This document shows positions 40,558-49,777 of a DNA stretch of 64,000 nucleotides, in pieces. The first letter of the stretch is position 1. Every line of letters begins with the position of its first letter. The stretch is from a virus. A program made the translations under genes and the position numbers. The stretch is from positions 36,855 through 100,854 of IMG/VR virus record IMGVR_UViG_3300046713_000096, one strand, 5' to 3'. The notes beneath the pieces are model-generated. The model did not search any database, was not told the origin of the DNA, and saw only the letters and a list, made by a program, of their open reading frames with translations.

Positions 40558-41631
40558 ATGGACAGCAACACACGACGCACGATCGGCCTTTGCGGGATCG
40601 TCGCCGCTTACCTCGCCTCGCGCGCGTTTCTTCTCGGCCAATGGACGGGCCCAAACGCTTGGATGTACGGCCTGTTCGCCGACGCCGCGAGCTGCGGAAG
40701 AAATCCCTACCTTCTGCCTGAAGGTGGGTCGATCGGCCCGGAATTGGCTGACTATCCGCCACTGTGGATGGTCGCGTTCGGCGCGTTGGCGCAGTGGATG
40801 CGCAGCGACTACGCCGTGCGAATCGTCTGCTATGCCGGCGATGCTGTGCTGATGCTCGCCGCCCTGCGCTTCGCACGAAAGCGCCTGACCGCCGACGCCG
40901 CTGCGACCGCTGCGCTCGTCGCGCTCAACCCCGCTTGGTTTTGGGCCGACATGTGGATGCTGCAATACAAGGCATGGGCAACGGCTGGCCTCGTCTTCCT
41001 TGCGACGACCGAGTCGGCGCTCGTGACCGGGGCGCTCGCTGGCGCCTTTCTGTTGCCCGGTGTCTTGCTGCCGATGCGCTGGCTCAAGGATCGGGACTGG
41101 CGCGCACTGATGGGCGGCACCGCGGTCGCAGTGGCCTTGTGGCTGCCATGGTTCCCAAGCTCGATCATGGGCGTGCTAGCTCGTCGCTCGGCCGCGCCGC
41201 ACAACACGGGCTATTGGGGTGAGTCACTCGGTGGCTACCTGCCCCGCGCCGTGCAGCCGTTCCTTCTCGCAGTCGCGGTCGGGCTCGCGCTCGTCATCAT
41301 GGCACGCGGTCGCGCGCCCCTCGCGGTGCGCTTTGCTGGCGCGACCTCGCTCGTCATCGCATGCATGCACGACGCGATGGTCAATCGCTGGCTACCGTTT
41401 GCGCTCGTGCCGCTGCTCACCTGTGAGCTTGGCGCGCGCTCACGGTGGGTCGCCTTCGGCCTGTGCTGCATCAGCTGCGCTGCGACCTGGAATGTGCTCG
41501 TGTTCCGCGCCGACGTCCCCGCCATCGTGGGCGTACTCATCAACGCCCCGCTGCCGCTGGCGGCATGGGCGGCCTACCGCAACGGCCAGCGCCGCCCATG
41601 CCCCGTGTTGCTGGCGCAGCCGTCAGCGTAA
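40558..41631 (+). CDS. Polytopic membrane protein, GT-C glycosyltransferase-like
   Basis: Many TM helices; GRNPY...DYPPLW in the first loop and ALNP motif. Confidence 0.6.
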   Translation: MDSNTRRTIGLCGIVAAYLASRAFLLGQWTGPNAWMYGLFADAASCGRNPYLLPEGGSIGPELADYPPLWMVAFGALAQWMRSDYAVRIVCYAGDAVLMLAALRFARKRLTADAAATAALVALNPAWFWADMWMLQYKAWATAGLVFLATTESALVTGALAGAFLLPGVLLPMRWLKDRDWRALMGGTAVAVALWLPWFPSSIMGVLARRSAAPHNTGYWGESLGGYLPRAVQPFLLAVAVGLALVIMARGRAPLAVRFAGATSLVIACMHDAMVNRWLPFALVPLLTCELGARSRWVAFGLCCISCAATWNVLVFRADVPAIVGVLINAPLPLAAWAAYRNGQRRPCPVLLAQPSA

Positions 41632-41805
41632 CCAGCAAGCGAGCAGAGCAAGCGCGCACAAAACGTTCACGATCCATCCGATCGCGCTCAGCACGATCGG
41701 GTTGCCCATGATCCGGCCTTGCCAAGCGTGCGCGAAGATGGCCAGCGCGACGACACAAGACGCTACAGCGTTCGTTTCCATGTGCATGTGTGATGCCTCC
41801 GACCG

Positions 41806-42729
41806 CTAGATAGCTGGCGCGTCGAGGTCACGCGGGTCGCGGAAGCCCTGAAAGCTGGCGATCCGCGGCTTGTCTTTGCGCCCGTGATCCTGGAAACGGT
41901 AGCGCACGATCCGCCCGACCATGATGTCGCGACACTGGAAAATGCGCCTGCGCAGCTCCCATGTGAGGCCGATCCCCGTCCCGATCTTGAACTCGACGCC
42001 CGTCTGCAGGTCGCGCACGACGAGCTTGCCCATCACGCCGCCGTCGACCTTGTTCGCCTTCAACGTGCGCCGCTTCGTCTGTCCGAGCTCGCCGACGAAG
42101 GCTTCGTTTTGGTTGTGCTGAAGTTCGAGCACAGCCACGATCACCGCCTCACTGTCGGTAAAGCGCTTCAGCTTCGACAGGTAGCCCTGACGCAGCGTTG
42201 CACGGCCGCACTTGTAGGGGCCTTCGAGCGCACGAAGCATCACGCCTTCATGCCCGGCTGCGAGCATCTCTTTCTCATATGCCGCGAGCGATTCGGGGGC
42301 GTCGATCCACACGTGCCGACACTCGATCACGTGCTTCCACGCCTCGCCGTGTTGCTTGAAGGTCTGACGCACGTCGCGCACGCGCGCAGCGAAGGCCTCG
42401 CCCGGAAGCACCGGCACGCGGTCGAACACCACGAAGAACCAGTCGTCGGGGGGTGGCTTCTCGCGCGACATGACCGCGCTCTCGACCGCTTGGAACGTCG
42501 CGGGGTATGGAAGCATCAGCTCGCCGTCGAAGCCCTCTGCGTGGCGGCCAAGCGCTTCGAGCACGGCCCGCATGTGCACATTGGGGATCGGCTTCAGCGA
42601 CCGAGCAACGGCCTTGCCGTCGCGAATCACGCACCGGATGCCGTCATACTTCGGGCTAGCCAGCACAGGGTAGCTGACCGCGCTCGCGTCCTTCAGCGTG
42701 GCGGCAAGCATCGGGCGAAACTGTGGCAT
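41806..42729 (-). CDS. lig: ATP-dependent DNA ligase
   Basis: SPKYDGIR, FDGEL, EGVMLR, KLKRF and FKIGTG motifs. Confidence 0.93.
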   Translation of the reverse strand: MPQFRPMLAATLKDASAVSYPVLASPKYDGIRCVIRDGKAVARSLKPIPNVHMRAVLEALGRHAEGFDGELMLPYPATFQAVESAVMSREKPPPDDWFFVVFDRVPVLPGEAFAARVRDVRQTFKQHGEAWKHVIECRHVWIDAPESLAAYEKEMLAAGHEGVMLRALEGPYKCGRATLRQGYLSKLKRFTDSEAVIVAVLELQHNQNEAFVGELGQTKRRTLKANKVDGGVMGKLVVRDLQTGVEFKIGTGIGLTWELRRRIFQCRDIMVGRIVRYRFQDHGRKDKPRIASFQGFRDPRDLDAPAI

Positions 42730-42810
42730 GTCAGGCCTTCCCAAAAAGAAAAAGGGCGGACCGCTCGCACGGCCCGCCCGCCCGTCGGGGGGGTGACAGG
42801 TCATCTGACC

Positions 42811-43677
42811 CTAGTACTTGTACCCGGCCTGCACAAGCAACTTGCCGAGCTTCGATGTCTCGCCCGGGATGTGTGAGCCAAGCGCAAGCCGTATGCCGAA
42901 GACGGTTTCGGGTTCGAGCTTCGCCGACAGATCTTCGTCGTCGACGAGCTTCACGAGCACGCGCTTCGGTACGCCTGTCACCTTGCCCGCCGCCTTCTTG
43001 GCGCTCGACGTAGTGACCTTCCGCTTGCCGTTCTTCTTCGGCGTGGCGCCCGCTAGAAGCTTGTCGAGCTGCGCAACTTGCTCTTCCTTTTCCAGGCCAT
43101 GCAGCTCGGCCGCTGCGCTGGCGCTGATGTCGCCGTTCGCGACCGCCTTCTTGACCTTCGAGGGCAGCGACGCCATTTTGACCCAATTTTTGACCGCCGC
43201 CGTTGTCACATTGAAGTGGTTTGCAGCGGCCTTGTAGTCGTTGCCGTTGCGTGCGAGCAGACGCATGCACTTCTCGGCCTTCAAGACGACGTTGTCGTCT
43301 TGTCGGTGCTCGTTCAGCGCAATCATGACGCCCTGCACGTGCACGTCGTCACCGTTCTCGAAGACGGCGCTGACGTATACGAGCTCTTCCCCGAGCTTCT
43401 TCAGTCGCTTGTTGGCTTCGCGCGCATGGCGCAGGCGCCCGCGACCGTCGACGACTTCGACACGGCCTTCGGCGCACTTACGAAGCACGATCGGCTCTTT
43501 GACGCCGATCGCCATGATATTGAGCACAGTCGCCTCGACGAGCGGCAAGTGAATGCGCTCATCGTACAGCTCGTGCTCGGGTCCATCTTTGGTGTCGAGC
43601 CCGATGATCACGGGCTCGTTCGGATCGTACTGATGCAGATTCCCGCGCTTAGCGGGCATGATAGCGGCAGCTCCCAT
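42811..43677 (-). CDS. ParB/Srx-like protein with HTH
   Basis: GVKEPIVLR, VVDGRGRLR, LNEHR, and an HTH-like AANHFNVTTAAVKNWV. Confidence 0.75.
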   Translation of the reverse strand: MGAAAIMPAKRGNLHQYDPNEPVIIGLDTKDGPEHELYDERIHLPLVEATVLNIMAIGVKEPIVLRKCAEGRVEVVDGRGRLRHAREANKRLKKLGEELVYVSAVFENGDDVHVQGVMIALNEHRQDDNVVLKAEKCMRLLARNGNDYKAAANHFNVTTAAVKNWVKMASLPSKVKKAVANGDISASAAAELHGLEKEEQVAQLDKLLAGATPKKNGKRKVTTSSAKKAAGKVTGVPKRVLVKLVDDEDLSAKLEPETVFGIRLALGSHIPGETSKLGKLLVQAGYKY

Positions 43678-43822
43678 GATTCAAGACTCCCTGCGTTTTA
43701 TACTTCGACATGCCGACATACCCCGGCTTGTGCGATAGCGATGACCCGAAGCCCTGTCAAGCGCCACTTTTTTCGCGTAGCGGGCCCGGGGGAAGTGTTC
43801 CGGGCCCGAGCTTCGTTTCACG

Positions 43823-44146
43823 TCACAGCGACAGGTAAAGGCCTGTCCCTTCTGAAATTATGCGGCGCAGCTGGCCAACGTCGACGCGCTCGACTTCCTG
43901 AAGTTGCTTCACACCGCCCGTGACCGCGCCCGTCTTCGCGTTGAATCCGATTTTCGTCACGCGATCAAAACGCACCGTGTACAGGTCATCAGCGGTCAGG
44001 GTCACTGTAACGTGCGTCACCTTCTTGCCGTTTGTGCCGATTTTGAACTGCAGGTGCGAGGGGCCGCCAAGCAGGTTCTTCGCGCCCATCATGGCGAATG
44101 CACGATTGCCGATTTGTTCTGCGATGATGTTTGCGACGTTCGACAT
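43823..44146 (-). CDS. Leaderless conserved phage hypothetical protein
   Basis: IAEQIGNRAFAMMGAK and DDLYTVRF. Confidence 0.75.
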   Translation of the reverse strand: MSNVANIIAEQIGNRAFAMMGAKNLLGGPSHLQFKIGTNGKKVTHVTVTLTADDLYTVRFDRVTKIGFNAKTGAVTGGVKQLQEVERVDVGQLRRIISEGTGLYLSL

Positions 44147-44191
44147 ACCCATATGGTAGCGCGCGTTCGCTTCAACGCAACCACTTTTTAA

Positions 44192-44252
44192 CGGACATGT
44201 CATAGCCAATGTGGGTTCTTGTGTAGCTGTAACCCGTGCCGTCGAGGCCCCT
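44192..44252 (-). ncRNA. Candidate sRNA, family B, copy 2
   Basis: Same conserved blocks and spacing as 39012-39073, between two promoter repeats. Confidence 0.5.
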
Positions 44253-44294
44253 ATGTCCAGTGTAGCGCGGCCCTCGCTTCAACGCAACGCCTTG

Positions 44295-44639
44295 TTAGCT
44301 AGACCTGCATGGATAGTGCATCGGGGGCAGGATCCGCGCCATGCAATCACCGCACATTCGATCGTCGAAGCTGACGGGGCGCGCCTTGCACTCGCAGCAC
44401 GAGTGCGGGCTTACGCGCCAAAGGATGCCGCACCGCCAACAAGCTATCTCGACGAGGTAGCCATTGCGGGCGCGAAGCCGGCGCTTGCGGCCGCACTCGG
44501 GGCACGGCTGGCGCAGCAAGCTCAGCGGCCACTGTCGGATCGTCGTGCGCACCTGCAATGACGGCTGCGCCTTCTTGGCGCGCTTCTTGGGCTTCTTGGG
44601 CTCGCGCTTGAGCTCTTCTCGTAGCGCGTCGAGCTTCAT
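44295..44639 (-). CDS. MKLxxLR-family Zn-finger protein
   Basis: Starts MKLDALR; CPEC, CWRC, CCEC and CGDC motifs. Confidence 0.65.
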   Translation of the reverse strand: MKLDALREELKREPKKPKKRAKKAQPSLQVRTTIRQWPLSLLRQPCPECGRKRRLRARNGYLVEIACWRCGILWRVSPHSCCECKARPVSFDDRMCGDCMARILPPMHYPCRSS

Positions 44640-44986
44640 CAGTTAGCCCGCCGCACGTCTCTTCCGTACAGCGCGCGCATTTCGAGCACCTTCGTCACAG
44701 CGTGATCGAGGTCGTCGCACTGGTAGGCCTCGAACGTCATCCACAGGTCGAACGGGTCGAGTCGGTGCACGCGCGCCTTGTGCGCGATCTCGATCGCCTG
44801 CCACACCTGCAGGCCGTCGGTTTCGTGCGCGTCCAAAAGCCGGTAGACCGCCAAAGCGTCTTTGATCGAGCCGTCGTCGTGCAGCATCGCGATCGCGCCG
44901 TATAGCCCACACAGTGCACGACCTATCGCACTCGCCATGGTGGAAAACATGGCGAGAAGTACCGCGCCGCCTGCCCGGGCGCTGGA

Positions 44987-45469
44987 CTACTCCCAGCGAA
45001 TGCGGGTCGCGCCCGAGCTCTGCGCTGCGCTGGCTAGCTCTTCGAGGCGCCCAAGCGCCTGCGACAGGCTCTCGGACGTGTAGCCGGCCCTGTAGAACCT
45101 CGGGCCCGCTTCCGAGGCGCGCAAGACAGCCGGCTGGCTCACGTTGCGCGCACGAAGCAAGGCGCGCCGAAACACCGCGAGCTCGATCGAGCCGTAGCCG
45201 TCGCCCAAGTCGAGGCCCATGGCCGAAGCCACCGTGCGCGCGTTCTCGTTCGCAAAGTTCACAGCGGGGCGCGCGTCACGCGAGCAGGGTTCGACGCCCG
45301 TGCCCTCACACTGTGCGCAATCCGGGGCAGCGTGCTCGGCCAGCGACGCCCAATCGGTCGACTCACCACGAAACAGCGAACCCCACGAGGGCGCCATTTG
45401 TGCGCACAGGCAGGGCTCGACGGTTTCTTCGCGCGGCACGCTGACGTCTGCGATGAAGCTGATCGACAT
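44987..45469 (-). CDS. Leaderless hypothetical protein
   Basis: ATG 7 nt after TAGACT; CAQCEGTG motif. Confidence 0.7.
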   Translation of the reverse strand: MSISFIADVSVPREETVEPCLCAQMAPSWGSLFRGESTDWASLAEHAAPDCAQCEGTGVEPCSRDARPAVNFANENARTVASAMGLDLGDGYGSIELAVFRRALLRARNVSQPAVLRASEAGPRFYRAGYTSESLSQALGRLEELASAAQSSGATRIRWE

Positions 45470-45511
45470 ACCCTACAGTCTAGCAGGGGTTCGCTTCAAC
45501 GCAACACCTTT

Positions 45512-46462
45512 TCAGGCGCTCATCTTGGCGGCTTCGGGCAAGATGTCGTAACGCTTGACGCCTCGAAAGCGCTTGAGCACGTCGGCCTTGATGGGCTTCG
45601 AGAACAGGATGAAGTCGCCGATCACTTCGGCGCCCTTGATCGCGCGGCGCTCGACGAGCTCTTTCGCGACCGCCTGCGCCCGTCTGGTCGGCTTGCCCGT
45701 CTTCGCCGTCGCGTAGTAGCCAGGCTCTCGATGCAGGTTCGTAGCGCGGTCGCCCTTGCGCTCAGGCTCGCGCGCAGCGTCGGTCACGCTGACCTTGCCG
45801 AACGGGGCGATCTGTTCCTGAATCACCTCGTTCTGCGTCTCACGACCGCGCAGCACGACCTCAATCTCGGGCACGAACGCACCGAAGATCGCTGCAGCCG
45901 GAAACTTGCCCGTCCCGCCGCACGCCGCACACATGTGTTGCTCGGTGACCTCGGTGCGCGCGTCGAACTTGTGCGGCTGTCGGATCCAGTAGTTGAAGGA
46001 TCGGTAATCCATGCGCGACCCGTCTGCGCGCACCACATAGCCGCCCGTGCCGCACTCGTAAGCGCCTTCGCCGTCGCACAGCTCGCACCCTGACATCGCC
46101 TTGCGTGCCGCTGCGATACGCGCTTCACGGATCTTGACGATCCGCGCCTTGCCCGCTGGCATATCTTCGCCCTTGTACCGGGCGCGTACAGCGTCGGCCT
46201 GCGCTTTCCACCGGTTGATCAGTCCGACCTGCTTACGGCACAGCGAGCACTCGATCTGTCCCAAACATGCATCACAGCTGAACGCCTCGCCGTCGTCGTG
46301 CGCCACGAGCAAGAGCGAGCCCGGTTCCGACAGCGTCTTCGCCATGCCGATACCTGGAAGTCGCTTCGAGACACCGAGCTTGCGCACCTCGTCGACGAAC
46401 TCGGCCGCACTGCCGTAATTCACTTCGCCTACCCACATCAAGTAACTGTGTTGAATTGCCAC
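45512..46462 (-). CDS. Hypothetical protein with several Zn-finger motifs
   Basis: CDAC, CSLC, CELCDGEG and CAACGGTG. Confidence 0.7.
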   Translation of the reverse strand: MAIQHSYLMWVGEVNYGSAAEFVDEVRKLGVSKRLPGIGMAKTLSEPGSLLLVAHDDGEAFSCDACLGQIECSLCRKQVGLINRWKAQADAVRARYKGEDMPAGKARIVKIREARIAAARKAMSGCELCDGEGAYECGTGGYVVRADGSRMDYRSFNYWIRQPHKFDARTEVTEQHMCAACGGTGKFPAAAIFGAFVPEIEVVLRGRETQNEVIQEQIAPFGKVSVTDAAREPERKGDRATNLHREPGYYATAKTGKPTRRAQAVAKELVERRAIKGAEVIGDFILFSKPIKADVLKRFRGVKRYDILPEAAKMSA

Positions 46463-47414
46463 TGCCTTTACCTCGCTTCAACTGTAGCACTTCGCTTCAA
46501 CGCGTCAACTTGTCGGGCAGAATTTCGTGATGCCGAAGAGCCGTTCGAGCCCGTACTCGTCGATAAGCGCGTTTGCGGCCGCATGGTTGCCCGTTTCCTG
46601 ATTCACAATCGCCAGCACGATCCCGACCGATGGCTTCGGCGCGCCCTTCGTGGCCGCTGCGATCATGCTGCGCAGGCGCTGGCGCGCGCTACGTATGGCT
46701 TCAGGCTCGCCGCTCTCAGCTTGTGTGCTGACGGCCCCGTTATCGTTCGCTGGCTCATGACTGCCGACCGGAACAGCGCGCGCACGCCGTCGCTTCCGAC
46801 CTCGCAGATCGGCACGTGCGACGCCATCAGCCGGCACCGCTTGAACCGCCTCGGCCACAGGCTTCGGTGGCTCAATGTCCTGACCGAGCAGCGTCAGGCG
46901 GACCTTCGAGACTGCATTTCGTAGCTTCGACAAAGCGCCCCCTTTCCGTTGGCAGAAGTCAGTCGATGGTCATGCGTGCGATCAATCCAAAGTCGATATA
47001 GTCATTCGGATCGCCATTGAGCTCGATCCGATTAGGCAGCTCGCGCGACTGCCCGTTGATCTCGATCACCCGGTTGCCGAGGCCGGTCAGCCGGCCCTCG
47101 CGCAGCAAGCCGTCGGACGTTTCCAGGTGCACATGTCGCCCGATTGCTGCGTGCACGTCGTCAATCCATTGACCCGCTCGCTTCTTCTTCTTTTTCTTGC
47201 TCTGCATGACCTTCTTCTTTCTGCCAACACGTTTCGCTGCAATACAGCTTCGTTCCTCGCGGCACGTCGTTGTCGCACCCTTCGGCTGCACAAATCGCGA
47301 CGCCGAACACCGTCACCGCGCCCGTATCGCAGAAGCGCTTGAACTCGCCTCGCTCGGAAACGCTCATGTAGGGCTTGTCGTTGAAGGAAATGCCCCACCT
47401 GCGCGACGCCGTCG

Positions 47415-47987
47415 TCACCGTCGCACCGCGACCGCGCCCACCTGATCCTGATAGCGACTGCCGAGCCCGGGCGTTCCATAGGGTCGCCGTGCGACCGTCA
47501 CGAGCTCACCAAACGACACCTGACAGATCGCGAGCCCGGGGCGCAGCCTGATCGGATTCGGGTTCAAGTTGTACATTTCAAGGGTCACCTGTCCGCGGAA
47601 GCCCGGATCGACGAAGCCCGCCGTGACATGCACCGCAAGGCCCATGCGCCCTAGCGAGCTCTTCCCTTCGATCTTTGCCCACATGCGCGGCCCGAGCTCG
47701 ACGCGCTCGACCGTCGTGCCAAGCACAAGCTGACCCGGGGCGAGCTCGAAGTACGTGTCACCGTTGCCGACGCTGACGGGGTAGCTCGGCACATCGCGGT
47801 CACGCATGTCGATCGCGCCCGGCGTGAGCAACTTCGTGAAACACACGAACGTCGTTCCGAGCCGAAGATCGACCGAGGCAGGTTGCACCTGCTCGCGCGC
47901 AAGCGGGTCGATCCGTATCCAGTTGTCACACGCGTCGCGCTCGCGAAACTGCGCGTCGAAGATGTCGGCGTCAGAGTAGGTCGTCAC
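47415..47987 (-). CDS. dcd: dCTP deaminase
   Basis: QPASVDLRLG, EGKSSLGRMGL and AGFVDPGFRGQVTLE. Confidence 0.93.
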   Translation of the reverse strand: MTTYSDADIFDAQFRERDACDNWIRIDPLAREQVQPASVDLRLGTTFVCFTKLLTPGAIDMRDRDVPSYPVSVGNGDTYFELAPGQLVLGTTVERVELGPRMWAKIEGKSSLGRMGLAVHVTAGFVDPGFRGQVTLEMYNLNPNPIRLRPGLAICQVSFGELVTVARRPYGTPGLGSRYQDQVGAVAVRR

Positions 47988-48625
47988 GGTGCTCCCTTCG
48001 CGAGCGCGCTCGCGATGCGAATGTCGTGCACCATGTGCCGCCGCACTTTGGCGCTGTTGCCCTGTCGCAGTAGAAACGAGGGGTGATAGGTCACCACGCC
48101 ACGCGCGCGCCCGTGCTCGCGACCGAGCCGCCCTAGATCGACGTCGACCGGTCGACCGCGCCACGGCCCGATCGACGTCACGCCCGCGAGCTTCGCGGCC
48201 GTAAGCCCGAGCATGAGTATGCAGTCAGGATCAATCGTGCACAGCATGGCGCGCGTGCGAGGCCTGCAGGCCATGAGCTCGGCCGCTTTGGGTGTGCGGT
48301 TGTTGGGCGGTCGACAGCCGACCATGTTCAGAAAGCACACGTCGTCGAAAGCGACTTTCGCTTCGATCAAGAGCCCGTCGATCACGCGCCCGCTCGACCC
48401 GATGAACGGCACCCCTCGCAAGTCTTCGTCGTGCCCGGGCGCCTCACCCACGATGGCTAGGCTCGCGTTCGGGTTGCCGCGATAGAACACCACGCGCTGA
48501 CGCGAACGGCACAGCTCGCAATCGGTGCAGCTGCGCCACGACAGCGCCAGCTGTTCGAGTCGCTTGTGTGCTCGCCCGGCTGCAGTCAAGCCGAGTAGTG
48601 CGATGTCCGGATCAGTCATGGCCAA
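47984..48625 (-). CDS. udg: Uracil-DNA glycosylase, family 4
   Basis: Fe-S cysteines, VGEAPG, PFIGSSG, CRPPNNRTP and YHPSFLLR. Confidence 0.93.
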   Translation of the reverse strand: MAMTDPDIALLGLTAAGRAHKRLEQLALSWRSCTDCELCRSRQRVVFYRGNPNASLAIVGEAPGHDEDLRGVPFIGSSGRVIDGLLIEAKVAFDDVCFLNMVGCRPPNNRTPKAAELMACRPRTRAMLCTIDPDCILMLGLTAAKLAGVTSIGPWRGRPVDVDLGRLGREHGRARGVVTYHPSFLLRQGNSAKVRRHMVHDIRIASALAKGAP

Positions 48626-49550
48626 GCCTCAAGACTTCCAAGAGCTCGGCCGCACTCGACAGGCTGCGAAACTTGTAGGCGCGCAAGAGGCGCACGACCT
48701 CGTCGCGGTCGAACACGACCGGCACGCGCTTCAGGCGCACGTCGGTTTTGACCGTGGTGAGCTTCAAGAAGAGCTCGGCCTTGTCCGCGCCCGCCTTCAC
48801 GATGTCGCGGAAGCGAGCGGCCACCGGCCAGCGCTCAGCCATGTCGGCGTGTACGTCGGCCCCGCGAGCGTGCGCTATCACACCGTCCAAATGACCAAAC
48901 GTGGCCACGAGCTGCGCCGCTGTCTTCTCCCCGATGCCAGGCAAGCCCGGGATGCCGTCGCTACTGTCGCCCGCGAGCGCCTTCAACGTGGCGAGCTGTC
49001 GCGGTCGCACGCCATAGCGCTCGACCACGGCATGATAATCGTAAAGCTTGTCGCCGCCGCTGCGAAAGCCCGGCGCTGCGACCGTGATGCCCGTGCGTGC
49101 CAGCTGGCGCAAGTCCGAGTCGCCCGTGTAGATGGTGACCTCGTGACCCTTGCGCTGCAGGGCAACGGCCAGCGTTGCGATCACGTCGTCGGCTTCGCAG
49201 GCGATACCGTAGAACTGTCGCACGCCAGCGTGTGACAGAAGCTCATTGAGCCGGCCCTCACTCGCTGCGACCTCGCGCGAAAGCTCTTCTTGCGCTTCGG
49301 TCGCGTCTTCGACGCGCTTACGCTTGTACTCGGGCCACAACTTGATCCGAAAGTTGCTCGCCTTGTCGGTGCCTTCCCACGCAACGATGACCGGCCCACG
49401 GTACTTCGATCGGATACGCAAGAGGCCGGACACGAAGCCGTACATGCCGCCCGTGCGCATCTCTTCGCCGTCGACGTGCGCGGTCAGGTCGCTGAACGCA
49501 TCGGCGTTGCGCCAAAGCAGATTTTTGCCGTCGACGATGGTGCAGCGCAT
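48612..49550 (-). CDS. 5'-3' exonuclease / flap endonuclease (Pol I N-terminal-like)
   Basis: IVDG, EADDVI, TGDSDL and LAGDSSDGIPGLPGIGEKTA. Confidence 0.92.
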   Translation of the reverse strand: MRCTIVDGKNLLWRNADAFSDLTAHVDGEEMRTGGMYGFVSGLLRIRSKYRGPVIVAWEGTDKASNFRIKLWPEYKRKRVEDATEAQEELSREVAASEGRLNELLSHAGVRQFYGIACEADDVIATLAVALQRKGHEVTIYTGDSDLRQLARTGITVAAPGFRSGGDKLYDYHAVVERYGVRPRQLATLKALAGDSSDGIPGLPGIGEKTAAQLVATFGHLDGVIAHARGADVHADMAERWPVAARFRDIVKAGADKAELFLKLTTVKTDVRLKRVPVVFDRDEVVRLLRAYKFRSLSSAAELLEVLRLGHD

Positions 49551-49777
49551 TCGAGTCAGATCCGATCCCAGATTTTTTCAAGCGTCTCGGCTTGCTTCTC
49601 GGTCAACGTGCGCGCGGCTTCGAGCCGGCCCTCGATGCTCTCGACGAATTCTTGCTCCCATTGCGACAGCGTGATACCGCCCGAGACGCCGTCAGCTGCG
49701 CGAATGTCTTCGACCCATTGCTCGTGCTTAGATTTCGGCATCGTTCATGCGCCTCGAAAGCTTCTTCGCCGTTTGCT

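Larger units (their letters stand above)
30682..45504 (-). promoter_or_regulatory. 22 minus-strand copies of a 28-bp promoter repeat (A-tract, TTGCGT, TGAAGCGAA-N7, TAnnnT)
   Basis: Copies at 30682-30709, 31273-31300, 31907-31934, 32662-32689, 33143-33170, 34021-34048, 34476-34503, 35257-35284, 35823-35850, 36260-36287, 36550-36577, 37432-37459, 37862-37889, 38128-38155, 38460-38487, 38974-39001, 39080-39108, 39662-39689, 40367-40394, 44153-44180, 44259-44287 and 45477-45504. Confidence 0.88.

Noticed and set aside
34098-44209. ORF-track N-terminal extensions such as MLARLKSRCVEAKPRYSMC and MKRRCVEANPCYC as a shared protein domain
   Set aside because: They are translations of the promoter repeat itself. 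The likely starts are the downstream ATGs at the predicted +1.
30682-45504. CRISPR array interpretation of the 28-bp repeats
   Set aside because: Spacing is irregular (about 100 bp to several kb), the intervening DNA consists of ORFs, the repeats have promoter architecture, and no cas genes are present.
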